From: an uncultured Candidatus Saccharibacteria bacterium | Lineage (GTDB): Bacteria; Patescibacteriota; Minisyncoccia; Phycocordibacterales; UBA12088 | Reading direction: 5' to 3' | NCBI GenBank assembly: GCA_964531785.1 | Contig: CAZHFF010000001.1 | Location: 84,338 to 148,337, forward strand | DNA: 64,000 nt | In this document: one piece after another, positions 41,838 to 51,917 of the stretch | Layout: each line of letters opens with the position of its first letter | Numbering within the stretch: the stretch's first letter is position 1 | Notes under the pieces: model-generated | What the model was told of the DNA's origin: nothing | What the model saw: the letters and a program-made list of their open reading frames with translations, nothing else | Database searches by the model: none | Translations under genes and position numbers: made by a program

Positions 41838-44249
41838 ATGGCAAGTTCGTCGTCCCATACAGCAACAAAAAAGAAAGCGCATGCCCCCAAAGATGCGATC
41901 GAGGAGATATTCGAGCCTCGTGAAGATGTGGTCGAGCAGGGTGCGAGCAAAACTGACGGCGCTACTTACTATGCCAAGTTCGTTCCGGTGATACAGAAGC
42001 GCGACGGCTCGATCGTACCGTTCGATTTTTCGAAGATCGTGCGTGCGGTCAGTATGGGAATGACCGCAGCAGGCGAAGGTTCTCCTGAAGAAGCTGAAAT
42101 GGTGTCGCACCGAGTTGTGGCTGATGTTGTGCGCATCACGAAAAAGTACAAGAACTTCCTCCCGACCGTCGAGGGCATCCAGGACGAGGTCGAACGACAG
42201 CTCATCTACTCCGATTATGTAAAAACGGCCAAACACTATATCCTTTACCGTGAAGAGCGCACCCGATTGCGTAAGCACACCGTCGCGATCCCGGCACATG
42301 TCCGGCAACTTGCCGAGGAGAGTGCCAAGTATTTTGAGGGTAATCCGCTCGGCGAGTTCGTCTACCTCAGGACGTATGCGCGTTGGATCGATGCTGAGAG
42401 CAGGCGAGAGACCTGGATCGAGACCGTCGATAGGTATATGGCGTTCATGCGCGAGAACCTCGGGGACAAGCTTACTGAGGAGGAGTATGCCGAGGTGCGT
42501 GAGGCGATCCTGAAGCAGGAGGCGATGCCCTCGATGCGTCTCTTACAGTTTGCGGGCGGCCCGGCGCGTCGTTGCAATGCGACCGCATACAACTGTTCGT
42601 TCATAGCCCCGTCCACGCTGGAGGATTTCGGCGAGGTGCTCTACCTCTCGGCCTGTGGTTGTGGGGTCGGATTCTCTGCCGAGAGCAAGAACATCGAACA
42701 ACTGCCTCAGATCAAGGCACAGACCGGCATTATGCTGAAGACGCACGTGGTCGAGGATTCTAAAGAGGGCTGGGCGCGAGCCTTGGTTCACGGTCTTGAG
42801 ACGTGGTACGGCGGCAAGGACGTCCAGTTCGACTACAGCCAGGTCCGTCCCGCAGGGACACGTCTGAAGACCATGGGTGGCAAAGCTTCCGGGCCGGAGC
42901 CGCTCCGTTCACTTTTGGACTTCGCCCGCGCAAAGATCCTTTCGCGCCAGAACCGTCGCTTGCGCAACATCGATGCGCACGACATCCTATGTAAGATAGG
43001 CGAAGCTATCGTTTCAGGAGGAGTCCGGCGGAGCGCCATGATCTCGCTCTCCGACCTCGACGATGATGACATACGTCATGCAAAGGATGGGGCGTTCTAC
43101 AACACCGATCCGCACCGCATGCTCGCTAATAACAGCGCGGTCTATGAACAGAAACCGACGAGCGAAGAATTCATGGAGGAATGGATGGCGCTCATGAAGG
43201 GAAAGAGCGGAGAGCGGGGCATTTTCAATCGGGGCGGTCTCATGGCACAGCTTCCCAAGCGACGCCTCGATCAGTGGCGCAAGGAGGGTCTCATCGAGAA
43301 CGATCGGATCGTGGGGCCGGTCGGTACCAACCCCTGTGGCGAGATCATCCTCAAGTCAAAGCAGTTCTGTAATCTCTCCGAGGTGATAGCGCGAAGGAAC
43401 GATACGCTCGCTTCGCTCAAGCGAAAGATCCGTATCGCTGCTATCCTGGGCACCTACCAATCTTCGCTCACGAACTTCAACTACCTGTCAAAGACCTGGA
43501 AGGAAAACTGCGAGAGCGAGCGGCTGCTTGGCGTTTCAGTGACCGGACAGTGGGACTCGCCTGAATCGCGAAAGCCGGAGGTCTTGCGCGAGCTTCGGGA
43601 CGAGGCGATTGCGGTCAATCGGAAGTACGCAAAGCGATTCGGCATCAATCCCTCGACCGCGGTGACCGCGGTAAAGCCTTCCGGTACGGTGAGTCAGACC
43701 GTGAACTGTGCGTCCGGCATGCATCCGCGCCACAGCGAGTACTATATTCGGCGTATCCGTATCACCGCGACCGATGCGCTCTTCAAGATGCTCAAGGACC
43801 AGAACGTCCCGTTCCATCCGGAGATAGGCCAAACGATGGAGAATGCGAACACGTTCGTTATTGATTTTCCAGTGAAAAGTCCGAAGTCTTCCGTGTATAA
43901 CGATGACCTCTCGGCGATCGAACAGCTCGAGTACTGGAAGGTCGTCAAGGAGAACTACACCGAACATAACCCGTCAGTGACCATTACGATCGGTGACAAT
44001 GAGTGGGTCGGTGTTGCGAACTGGCTTTACGAGAACTGGGACATGATCGGCGGACTCTCGTTCTTGCCGCGCATGAACCACGCCTACCGTTTAGCCCCCT
44101 ATGAAACCATCACCAAAGAACAGTACGAGGAGCTCGCAAAACGGTTCGAGCATATCGATTACAGCAAGCTCGTGACCTATGAGTTCAAGGACGAGACCGA
44201 ACAAGCCAAGGAGCTCGCATGTGCTGGTGGCACTTGCGAGATAAACTAA
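41838..44249 (+). CDS. nrdJ: Ribonucleoside-diphosphate/triphosphate reductase, class II (adenosylcobalamin-dependent) with N-terminal ATP-cone.
   Basis: ATP-cone (VIQKRDGSIVPFDFSKIVRAV), active-site GTNPCGEIIL, C-terminal redox Cys pair CAGGTCEIN, 803 aa. No adjacent small-subunit gene. Confidence 0.8.
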   Translation: MASSSSHTATKKKAHAPKDAIEEIFEPREDVVEQGASKTDGATYYAKFVPVIQKRDGSIVPFDFSKIVRAVSMGMTAAGEGSPEEAEMVSHRVVADVVRITKKYKNFLPTVEGIQDEVERQLIYSDYVKTAKHYILYREERTRLRKHTVAIPAHVRQLAEESAKYFEGNPLGEFVYLRTYARWIDAESRRETWIETVDRYMAFMRENLGDKLTEEEYAEVREAILKQEAMPSMRLLQFAGGPARRCNATAYNCSFIAPSTLEDFGEVLYLSACGCGVGFSAESKNIEQLPQIKAQTGIMLKTHVVEDSKEGWARALVHGLETWYGGKDVQFDYSQVRPAGTRLKTMGGKASGPEPLRSLLDFARAKILSRQNRRLRNIDAHDILCKIGEAIVSGGVRRSAMISLSDLDDDDIRHAKDGAFYNTDPHRMLANNSAVYEQKPTSEEFMEEWMALMKGKSGERGIFNRGGLMAQLPKRRLDQWRKEGLIENDRIVGPVGTNPCGEIILKSKQFCNLSEVIARRNDTLASLKRKIRIAAILGTYQSSLTNFNYLSKTWKENCESERLLGVSVTGQWDSPESRKPEVLRELRDEAIAVNRKYAKRFGINPSTAVTAVKPSGTVSQTVNCASGMHPRHSEYYIRRIRITATDALFKMLKDQNVPFHPEIGQTMENANTFVIDFPVKSPKSSVYNDDLSAIEQLEYWKVVKENYTEHNPSVTITIGDNEWVGVANWLYENWDMIGGLSFLPRMNHAYRLAPYETITKEQYEELAKRFEHIDYSKLVTYEFKDETEQAKELACAGGTCEIN

Positions 44250-44252
44250 TTT

Positions 44253-44367
44253 CAGCTCGTCCAGAATTGGCGGATACCATTGTCGCCTGCGTTGTCGACC
44301 CCTTCACCGTATGCGTGTACGGCTGAGGGGTACGACTTCCTGGGCTTCTCGATCTTCATCCAATTCT
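44253..44367 (+). other. Large hairpin immediately 3' of nrdJ: 18-bp perfect stem around a structured ~79-nt loop. Possible terminator or small structured RNA.
   Basis: CAGCTCGTCCAGAATTGG at 44253..44270 pairs with CCAATTCTGGACGAGCTG at 44350..44367. The loop contains further GC-rich stems. Confidence 0.4.
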
Positions 44368-44426
44368 GGACGAGCTGGTCGCTTCTGTAATTGCACGTCG
44401 GTGCAGGTGACCTTGTCGGCGTGACT

Positions 44427-44712
44427 AAGTTCAAAGGTCAAAACCAACGGCAATAGTACAGGTCAAAATGTAAAAGTGATCACGCAATAGGGCGATGTCT
44501 ACCCCACACCTTCCGGCAAGTAAGGATGGTCGTCGTAACGATAGGGGAAAAAGTAAGTTCAATTTAGACGACACCAGGAGAGCTGTGACAAAAATACGCT
44601 CTATGGTTATGCAGCTGTGCATAATGCAAAGAACCGCGGCCAACTTTTTGAGCTTCGATCAGGCCCTTTGATTTTGGCTCGCACTTTTGTCTTTTGACCT
44701 TTGAATTCAGTT
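44427..44712. repeat. AT-rich element pair (copy F) with ~190-bp spacing, in the nrdJ-smc intergenic region.
   Basis: Left arm AAGTTCAAAGGTCAAAACCAACGGCAATAGTACAGGTCAAAATGTAAAAGTGATCAC. Right arm CACTTTTGTCTTTTGACCTTTGAATTCAG. Confidence 0.5.
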
Positions 44713-44762
44713 CCCCATACCCGTACTTATTCCCCATACAAGTTTGCTGGTATACTTAACCC

Positions 44763-47021
44763 ATGTACCTCCGTTCACTCGAGCTCAACGGCTTTAAATC
44801 GTTCGGTAAGAAGAGTGCCCTCGAGTTCTCTGCACAGGTGACGGCGATCGTAGGACCGAACGGGAGCGGCAAGAGCAACTGCGCCGAAGGATTTCGGTTC
44901 GTGCTCGGTGAGCAATCGATGAAGAGCCTGCGCGGGAAACGCGGTGAAGACCTCATCTGGGGCGGGTCACAGCTCGTGCCGAGGAGCAATCGCGCGTCGG
45001 TCGTGCTCAGTTTTGACAACAGCCAGCGCCTGCTTGATATCGATTTCGACGAAGTGGTCATTGAGCGCGTGGTATATCGCGACGGCACGAACGAATACTC
45101 GATCAATGGCAGCAAGGTGCGCCTGAAGGACGTGACCGAGCTCCTGGCGGGCGCGAACATCGGCAGTTCGGGTCACCATATCATTTCACAAGGGGAAGCA
45201 GATCGCGTACTTGCGGCAAGTCCACGAGAGCGACGACACATGATCGAGGACGCGCTCGGTCTGCGCGTGTACCAGTACAAGAAAGAGGAAAGCAGGAAGA
45301 AGCTCGAACGAACCGAGGAGAACAAGTCCCAAGTCGAAGCGTTGCGCCGGGAGAACGCACCGCATCTGAAGTTCTTGGAACGCCAGATGCGTAAGCTCGA
45401 GAAAGCACGCGAGCTCCGCGAGGAGCTTCAGGAGGAGTACCAGCGATATCTCGCGATCGAAGATGGCTACCTCGCGGTTACCGCCGAGGAGCTGAGCGGC
45501 CTCCGGGCAGCGCCTGAACAAGAGCTGAAACACGCGCTAGCCCGGATAACGACACTCCGCTCGGAGCTCGAGCAGCAAAAGCAGGGCGATCGTGAGAGCG
45601 ACGCACTGCTTGGGCTCGAACGCAGGATAGGCGAGAAGCGCTCGGTGCTGGCCCAGGCAACGCGCGAGCTCGGCCGTATCGAGGGGCAGATCACGTTCGA
45701 GGAGCGCCGGCTTGCGGACGAGGCGCGTAAGATGCATGAAGAAGAGGGTAAGCCGATACCGTACCGGGATGCTAAGGATTTTTGGGAAGAACTGATACAG
45801 GTCCTTGCCGAGGGGCATGATAAGAACGGTGATATCGGGCCGGTGCACAAAGCGCTCAAGCGTGCCCAGGAGCTGGTACACCGCTTCGTGGAGCGGTTCA
45901 AGGCAGCACATGAAGCGTACGAGCCAGACCGACGACCGCTCGAAGCGCTCATTGCTGAGAAACGTACCGTCGAGAGCCACATGAGCGATGCGGAGCTCGC
46001 GATCGCCGATCTCACCAAGGAAGTGGCGGAGCTCAAGGCGACGATCGAGGCCGGGAAAGACCAGAACCGTGAACTTGAGCGCGAGCTGTTCACGCTCATG
46101 GCCCGGGAGAGTGCGCTCAGGAGCGACCTTGCCTCGGTCCGCCAGCGCGAGGAGGCGCTCCGAAGGGACCAAGAGGAGTTCAAGCGCGAGATCGCCGAGG
46201 GTATCGCGCTCGTTGGTCGTGCCATAACCGCGTATAAGGACCGTGTGGGGGATGCTGGCACAGTTGAGCTCAGTGAGGACCGGAGCGTTCAGCTCGACCG
46301 AAAGCGCGAGCTCGAACGATTGAAGATCAGGCTCGAAGAGATGGGTGGAGCTTCGGCAGACGAGATAACCAAAGAGTACGAAGAGGTCCAGGGCAGGGAC
46401 GCGTTCCTCGAGCGTGAGCTTGCTGATCTTGAGGCGTCCGCCGCGTCGCTTCGGTCGCTCATTGCCGACCTTGAAAAAGAGCTGGGCGACAAGTTCGCGG
46501 CCGGCGTTGCGCAGGTTTCGAGCCAGTTCAATGAGTTCTTTGCGCTCATGTTCGGAGGAGGCTCCGCAAAGTTGGTCGTCACCGAGCAGAGGAAGCGCAC
46601 GCTGGCCGAACAGCTCTTTGGTGAAGGGCAGGAGGCCGGGGAAGATGAGGATTCGGAGGCGATCGAGCATGGGCTCGAGGTTGAGGTCTCGCTGCCGAAG
46701 AAGCGGATACAGTCGCTCATGCAGCTCTCCGGAGGCGAACGAGCGCTTACCTCGATCGCGCTCATCTTTGCAATGAGCCAGGTCAATCCCCCACCGTTCC
46801 TGATCCTCGACGAGACCGATGCTGCCCTTGACGAAGCAAACTCGCGACGATACGGGGATATGATCGAGAACCTTTCGAGGAAGAGTCAGCTGATCCTCAT
46901 CACGCACAACCGTGAGACCATGAGTCGCGCAGGCATTCTGTACGGTATTACCATGGGTCTTGATGGCGTATCGAAGCTCCTATCCGTGAAGTTCGAAGAG
47001 GCCGTTACCAATGCGAAGTGA
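44763..47021 (+). CDS. SMC-family ATPase; short, with no recognisable hinge domain.
   Basis: N-terminal LELNGFKSFGKKSALEFSAQVTAIVGPNGSGKSN Walker A. C-terminal LSGGERALTSIALIFAMSQVNPPPFLILDETDAALDE signature and Walker B. About 500 aa of coiled coil with no Gly-rich hinge; 752 aa total. TGGTATACT sits 6 nt upstream. Confidence 0.7.
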   Translation: MYLRSLELNGFKSFGKKSALEFSAQVTAIVGPNGSGKSNCAEGFRFVLGEQSMKSLRGKRGEDLIWGGSQLVPRSNRASVVLSFDNSQRLLDIDFDEVVIERVVYRDGTNEYSINGSKVRLKDVTELLAGANIGSSGHHIISQGEADRVLAASPRERRHMIEDALGLRVYQYKKEESRKKLERTEENKSQVEALRRENAPHLKFLERQMRKLEKARELREELQEEYQRYLAIEDGYLAVTAEELSGLRAAPEQELKHALARITTLRSELEQQKQGDRESDALLGLERRIGEKRSVLAQATRELGRIEGQITFEERRLADEARKMHEEEGKPIPYRDAKDFWEELIQVLAEGHDKNGDIGPVHKALKRAQELVHRFVERFKAAHEAYEPDRRPLEALIAEKRTVESHMSDAELAIADLTKEVAELKATIEAGKDQNRELERELFTLMARESALRSDLASVRQREEALRRDQEEFKREIAEGIALVGRAITAYKDRVGDAGTVELSEDRSVQLDRKRELERLKIRLEEMGGASADEITKEYEEVQGRDAFLERELADLEASAASLRSLIADLEKELGDKFAAGVAQVSSQFNEFFALMFGGGSAKLVVTEQRKRTLAEQLFGEGQEAGEDEDSEAIEHGLEVEVSLPKKRIQSLMQLSGGERALTSIALIFAMSQVNPPPFLILDETDAALDEANSRRYGDMIENLSRKSQLILITHNRETMSRAGILYGITMGLDGVSKLLSVKFEEAVTNAK

Positions 47022-47082
47022 GTGGTGCCGTGCATGGGCATGAGGTGTGGTATACTACTCCAATTAAACAGCTTTACTGTAT

Positions 47083-47805
47083 ATGAAAACACCCTACTTA
47101 GTTCTTACGCTCGTTGTGGTCGTCATCGTTGCGTTCGGTATCATGCGCCTCATCGCTCCGCCAGGAGAGAACGATCCGTTACCCACCGTGAGTGACGCCG
47201 CGATCGAGGACGCACTTCGAACGATGGAGGAGGGGTATACTGGTATTGATCAAGAACAACAGAGCACTATGCAAGACAACAACACACAACAGAACGCCGA
47301 AACTGCGCCACAGGACGCGAGTAGCGACGCGACGGTCGTCCTGCGAACGAACAAAGGTGACATCGAGGTGCAGCTCTATCTGCGCGACCTTCCGGTGACC
47401 GCTGGCAACTTCTTGAAGCTGGCACAGGATAATTTCTATGACGGGGTCAAGTTCCACCGAGTGATCGACGGTTTTATGATACAAGGCGGTGACCCGCTCA
47501 CAAAGGACGATACACAGAAAGCGCGCTGGGGTACGGGCGGGCCCGGGTATGCGATACCGGACGAGTTCGGACCGAGGCATAGCAATGCGCGCGGCACACT
47601 GTCCATGGCGAACGCGGGGCCGAACACCGGCGGGAGCCAGTTCTTCGTGAACACGACCGATAATACGTTCCTCGACGGCAAGCATCCCGTATTTGGCAAG
47701 GTCATTTCCGGTATGGAGGTCGTCGATCTGATATCGAGCGTCGAAACGGGGCCAGGTGATGTTCCGGTCGAAGCGGTCGTCATTACCGATGTGGTCATCA
47801 AGTAA
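47083..47805 (+). CDS. ppiB: Peptidyl-prolyl cis-trans isomerase, cyclophilin type, with an N-terminal membrane anchor.
   Basis: N-terminal TM, low-complexity linker, then cyclophilin motifs FHRVIDGFMIQGGDP, GTLSMANAGPNTGGSQFFV, HPVFGKV. Confidence 0.9.
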   Translation: MKTPYLVLTLVVVVIVAFGIMRLIAPPGENDPLPTVSDAAIEDALRTMEEGYTGIDQEQQSTMQDNNTQQNAETAPQDASSDATVVLRTNKGDIEVQLYLRDLPVTAGNFLKLAQDNFYDGVKFHRVIDGFMIQGGDPLTKDDTQKARWGTGGPGYAIPDEFGPRHSNARGTLSMANAGPNTGGSQFFVNTTDNTFLDGKHPVFGKVISGMEVVDLISSVETGPGDVPVEAVVITDVVIK

Positions 47806-47810
47806 GGATC

Positions 47811-48101
47811 ATGGATTTCTTTCGTACACGTAAAGCAGGGGTGTCCGAGAACGAATGGCAGAATGCACGCAGCCGTGTGCGTGGGATATTCGGGTGGAGC
47901 GGGCCCGGAAAGAAAAAGGCTGATGACGTTGAACGATTGATCAAAGCGCACCTCGATCCGGAGCATGGTTCGAAGGATCATCGGGTGATGACGCGCGAAG
48001 AGCTCGACGAGGCGCTCCATGACCTCGAAAAGGACAAGCGGATCACGGTCAATGAAGCTCGAAAGATACGTAATGTGCTCGACCGCGACCTGCGCGATTA
48101 G
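47811..48101 (+). CDS. Hypothetical small protein.
   Basis: 96-aa ORF with an AAGGA Shine-Dalgarno before the ATG. Charged and helical. Confidence 0.4.
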   Translation: MDFFRTRKAGVSENEWQNARSRVRGIFGWSGPGKKKADDVERLIKAHLDPEHGSKDHRVMTREELDEALHDLEKDKRITVNEARKIRNVLDRDLRD

Positions 48102-48115
48102 TAGAGACAAGAAAC

Positions 48116-48135
48116 GCCCCCGGACAGTACCGGGG
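48116..48135. terminator. GC-rich hairpin between convergent small ORFs; possible bidirectional terminator.
   Basis: CCCCCGG-acagta-CCGGGGG. On the minus strand it is followed by a U-rich GCGUUUCUUGUCUC. Confidence 0.4.
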
Positions 48136-48151
48136 GCAATGCAGGAGAGCC

Positions 48152-48472
48152 TTACTTTTTCTGCGACTTGTGCTTTTTCTTCAGAAGCTCATCCTGCTTC
48201 TGAAGCTCTTTGAACCTTGTTTCAGTTTTCCTGATCTGCGCGATCAGATGGTCGAAGCTGTTTGCGACATCAGACATCGCTTGTCTCAGTTCGATCAGCT
48301 GAGAGAGCAACAATGCCGCGTGTACGTGAAATATCAAGAGGTCCTGCAAGTTCGCCTCGAACTCGCGCGCGTTCTCGTCGGTATGTTTGTTGCCCATGGC
48401 AACCCCCGTGTGATAGACCTGAATGTACGGGGAAAATCGTACCACGTGCGCTAAATATTGACAAGCTCCCAA
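48152..48472 (-). CDS. Hypothetical small coiled-coil protein downstream of rnr.
   Basis: 106-aa ORF overlapping the RNase R stop, which is consistent with co-transcription. Basic C-terminal tail. Confidence 0.35.
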   Translation of the reverse strand: MGACQYLAHVVRFSPYIQVYHTGVAMGNKHTDENAREFEANLQDLLIFHVHAALLLSQLIELRQAMSDVANSFDHLIAQIRKTETRFKELQKQDELLKKKHKSQKK

Positions 48473-50400
48473 TCGATGGTCTTCCGCTCGATGTCCACAC
48501 CTCTAAGCTTCATCCGCACCTTGCTGCCAAGGGAAAGTGTTCTTCCGGTCTGTTGACCTACCAGGCGGAAGCCGCGATCTTGGAGCTCATAGCGATCGTC
48601 TCGCATGGTACGGATGTGCGCAAGACCCTCGGCCATGGTCCCGACCTCCTCGATGAAAACGCCCCAGTCGTTCACGCCGGTGATCACACCCTCGAACTCC
48701 TCGCCAACATGGCTCGAGAGGTACTCGACCTGCTTGAGCTTGATCGAGTCCCGCTCGGCCTCCATAGCGGCTATCTCACGCTCCGTCGAGTCCGCGCACA
48801 GGCGCTCATAGTACGGGAAGTCCCGGGTCGTCGGTGGCTTGCCACGCAGGATATCCTTCAGGATGCGGTGCACCATGAGGTCGGGGTAGCGTCGTATGGG
48901 TGAGGTGAAGTGGGTGTAGAATTCGAACGCAAGGCCGAAATGTCCGATGTTCTTGGTCGAGTATATGGCCTTAGACATAGAACGTATGGTTGCGGTCTCG
49001 ATCATGTCTTGCTCTGGAGAACCTGCGATCTCGTCAAAGAGCTTATTGAGGCTGCCTGCGCGCACGAACCCGTCCTTGTGGGGCAGCTCATAGCCGAGCG
49101 CCTTGAGGAAAAGGGCCAATTCTTCGATGCGCTCTGGTTTCGGGCTGTCGTGCACGCGCCACACGAAGACGCAGGTGCTCGCGTCACGTTTGCTTCGCTC
49201 CCAGGCGTAGGTAGCAACTTCGCGGTTCGCGAGGAGCATGAGGTCCTCAATGAGCAGCATGGTGTCGAGCCGCTCTTTGCGGAACGCACGGATCGGCTTA
49301 CCGGCGGCATCCAGTTCGAACTTGATCTCATCGGTCTCGAACCCGATCGATCCGTTCGCAAAGCGGATCTTACGGAGCGCGCGGGCGATCATGTCCGCGG
49401 TCGTAAGCTCCGCGTAGAGGTCCCCGGTGCCTTTGCTGAGCACATCCTGCGCTTCCTGGTAGCTGAAGCGCCGAATGCTGCGTATGAGCGTTTCCCCGAA
49501 CCAGCGTTCATGCACGGTGCCGGAGCGATCCATCGTAAAGAGCGCAGAGAACGCCAACCGGTCCTCATTGGGGCGGAGCGAACAAAGGTCGTTCGATAGG
49601 ACCTCGGGGAGCATGGGTATCGTGCGGTCCACCAGGTAGATCGATGTGCCGCGCTTCTGTGCCTCCAGGTCGATGGGGTCACCTTTTGCAACGAACGCTG
49701 AGACGTCGGCGATATGCACGCCAACTTCAACGAGTCCATCAGGCAGGGTTCGAATGCTGATCGCGTCATCAAAATCCTTCGCGTCAGCAGGATCGATCGT
49801 GAACGTGGGTACGGTCCTCAGGTCGCGTCTTACCCCTTTTGGATCCGAGAGCAGGTCGGTTCGCTCGTTCTCGAGCCGGTGCGCGAGCGTCATCACCTCG
49901 GCGGGGAAGTTCCAGTCGAATCCTTGAGCTGCCACGACGCTGCGCAGCTCCGTTTCGTGTTCGCCCGCTTCGCCAAGCACTTCGACGATGCGCGCGAGCG
50001 GGTTCTTCTGCGGGCTGGTCCAGCGCGTGAGCTCGACGAGTGCTTTTTGTCCCGGTCTGCCCTTATGCATGTCGTCGCGTTCAATGATGAAATCAAGGTA
50101 GACGCGATGGTCATCCGGTTTGAGGAACAAGAAACCGCTCTCCTCTTCGAGCGTTCCAACGAAGCGGGTGCGCGCGCGCTCGAGGACCTCGAGTACCTCG
50201 CCTCGAATACGACCTTCACGTAGTTTGGGGCGCACGAGCACCCGCACCGAATCACGATCAAGGGCGGTGTTGAGGAGCTCTGGCGGCACCTCGATATCCT
50301 CGGTCTCCGATGCTACGTTGACATAGCCAAAACCGCGCGCGGTGACGCGCACTGTTCCAGTGACCTCGGCCCCTCCTCGTACCTTTCCCCTGTGTGCCAT
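48451..50400 (-). CDS. rnr: Ribonuclease R (RNB family 3'-5' exoribonuclease).
   Basis: OB/cold-shock N-terminus, RNB catalytic domain (DPADAKDFDDAISI), S1 C-terminus, 649 aa. TTGTCA-17-TATAGT promoter-like sequence upstream. Confidence 0.9.
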   Translation of the reverse strand: MAHRGKVRGGAEVTGTVRVTARGFGYVNVASETEDIEVPPELLNTALDRDSVRVLVRPKLREGRIRGEVLEVLERARTRFVGTLEEESGFLFLKPDDHRVYLDFIIERDDMHKGRPGQKALVELTRWTSPQKNPLARIVEVLGEAGEHETELRSVVAAQGFDWNFPAEVMTLAHRLENERTDLLSDPKGVRRDLRTVPTFTIDPADAKDFDDAISIRTLPDGLVEVGVHIADVSAFVAKGDPIDLEAQKRGTSIYLVDRTIPMLPEVLSNDLCSLRPNEDRLAFSALFTMDRSGTVHERWFGETLIRSIRRFSYQEAQDVLSKGTGDLYAELTTADMIARALRKIRFANGSIGFETDEIKFELDAAGKPIRAFRKERLDTMLLIEDLMLLANREVATYAWERSKRDASTCVFVWRVHDSPKPERIEELALFLKALGYELPHKDGFVRAGSLNKLFDEIAGSPEQDMIETATIRSMSKAIYSTKNIGHFGLAFEFYTHFTSPIRRYPDLMVHRILKDILRGKPPTTRDFPYYERLCADSTEREIAAMEAERDSIKLKQVEYLSSHVGEEFEGVITGVNDWGVFIEEVGTMAEGLAHIRTMRDDRYELQDRGFRLVGQQTGRTLSLGSKVRMKLRGVDIERKTIDWELVNI

Positions 50401-50595
50401 AACGTATGCTCAACACTATACCAGAAGTTCTTGACAATGTCACCGGACCGCGCTAAAGTATTTTCGTCCTCGCATTCTCCCGCGTGCACCCGCACACAGC
50501 GAGGACCGGGTGCTTACGCACCCCTCCTATCCAACTTGGCTCGTCGACACCTGTCGATGGGCCTCTTTTTTACAGGCGATCCGGAAGCTGACCCG

Positions 50596-51186
50596 CTATA
50601 TCTTTCCGACAATGTCGAGACCAGGCTTGAGCGTATCCTTGCCCGGTTCCCATGCAGCAGGGCAGACCTGGCCACCGTGGTCCGCGACGAACTTGGCCGC
50701 TTGGAACTTGCGGAAGAGCTCCTTAGCGCTCCTCCCCACACCATCAGCATGGACCTCCATCGCCTGTATGACACCCTTCGGGTCAATGATGAAGCTCCCA
50801 CGGAGCGCAACCCCCTCGTCCTCCAGATAGACTCCGAACGCGCGCGACAGGGCTCCTGTCGGGTCCGCAAGCATAGGGAAGGTGATCTTCTTCACCGCCT
50901 CCGACTGATCGTGCCAAGCCTTGTGTACCCAGTGGGTATCGGTCGATACCGAGAGCACCTCCGCTCCCTGCTTCTTGAACTCAGGATAGAGACCTGCCAT
51001 TTCCTCGAGTTCGGTAGGACAAACGAAGGTAAAGTCAGCAGGGTAAAAGAAGAGTATCAACCACCCTCCTTCATAGCTTTTGAGGGCGATATCCTTGATA
51101 TCCTCGTTATGGAAGGCTTTGAGCGTGAAATCCGGTACCTTCTCGCCCACTTTTACCGCGCAGGTGAATTGGCGTGTTTCAGACAT
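50596..51186 (-). CDS. Peroxiredoxin (typical 2-Cys, AhpC/Prx1 family).
   Basis: FTFVCPTELEEM peroxidatic Cys motif, resolving-Cys region GQVCPAAW, 196 aa. Confidence 0.95.
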   Translation of the reverse strand: MSETRQFTCAVKVGEKVPDFTLKAFHNEDIKDIALKSYEGGWLILFFYPADFTFVCPTELEEMAGLYPEFKKQGAEVLSVSTDTHWVHKAWHDQSEAVKKITFPMLADPTGALSRAFGVYLEDEGVALRGSFIIDPKGVIQAMEVHADGVGRSAKELFRKFQAAKFVADHGGQVCPAAWEPGKDTLKPGLDIVGKI

Positions 51187-51240
51187 GGTTCGTACTTCGT
51201 ACTTAGGCTGGTATGCTGCCAGTATACCACAGGCTTGTAC

Positions 51241-51858
51241 CTACTCGACCGAGATCCCTTCGTCCGTGATGAGCGGAACAAAGACGAACCCGTCATGTCG
51301 TTCGATCAGATGATCGGTCGTCCGGCGAGTCACTTTTACGATCATGTGTCGCACGGGCATGACCAGGATCCCGCCGACCTTGAGCTGCTCCACGAGCGTT
51401 GCCGGTAGGTTGCGTGCGGCCGCAGATACGAGAATGCGGTCGAACGGGGCTTCCTCGGGTGCGCCAAGCGCGCGTGCCTCACGGATGGTCGCGTGTTCGC
51501 TACCTGCGGCACGCAGGTTCCCTTGGCCCAGTGTTACAAGCTCTGGTATGCGTTCGATACCCAGAACCGTCCCGTCGGGCGAAACCGCGTGTGCCATGAG
51601 CGCGGTCGTCCAGCCGGAACCGGTGCCGATATCAAGCACCTGCTGCCCGGATGCAAGTTCCAAGAGCTCGAGCATGAACGCCACTGTGCTCGGCTGACTG
51701 ATCGTTTGGCCTTCACCAATGGGGAGCGGGACATCCTCATAGGCGCGGGCGTGATACTGCGCAGGTACGAACCATGCACGGTCGACCGCGCTGAACGCTG
51801 CCTTGAGCTGTGGTGAGTATAAAATACGTTGCGTTACAAGATAGTCGAGCCCTGTCAT
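51241..51858 (-). CDS. pcm: Protein-L-isoaspartate O-methyltransferase.
   Basis: QTISQPSTVAFMLELL and VLDIGTGSGWTTALMA SAM-binding motifs, 205 aa. Confidence 0.9.
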   Translation of the reverse strand: MTGLDYLVTQRILYSPQLKAAFSAVDRAWFVPAQYHARAYEDVPLPIGEGQTISQPSTVAFMLELLELASGQQVLDIGTGSGWTTALMAHAVSPDGTVLGIERIPELVTLGQGNLRAAGSEHATIREARALGAPEEAPFDRILVSAAARNLPATLVEQLKVGGILVMPVRHMIVKVTRRTTDHLIERHDGFVFVPLITDEGISVE

Positions 51859-51917
51859 AGAGCCATAGTACCAGAACCTGCGACCGGTGCTTGGCCGCTG
51901 CGTGGTATACTAGACAC

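Noticed and set aside
45467-46907. Minus-strand ORFs of 264 and 456 aa
   Set aside because: They are antisense to the SMC-family gene and are Arg/Ser-rich low-complexity translations.
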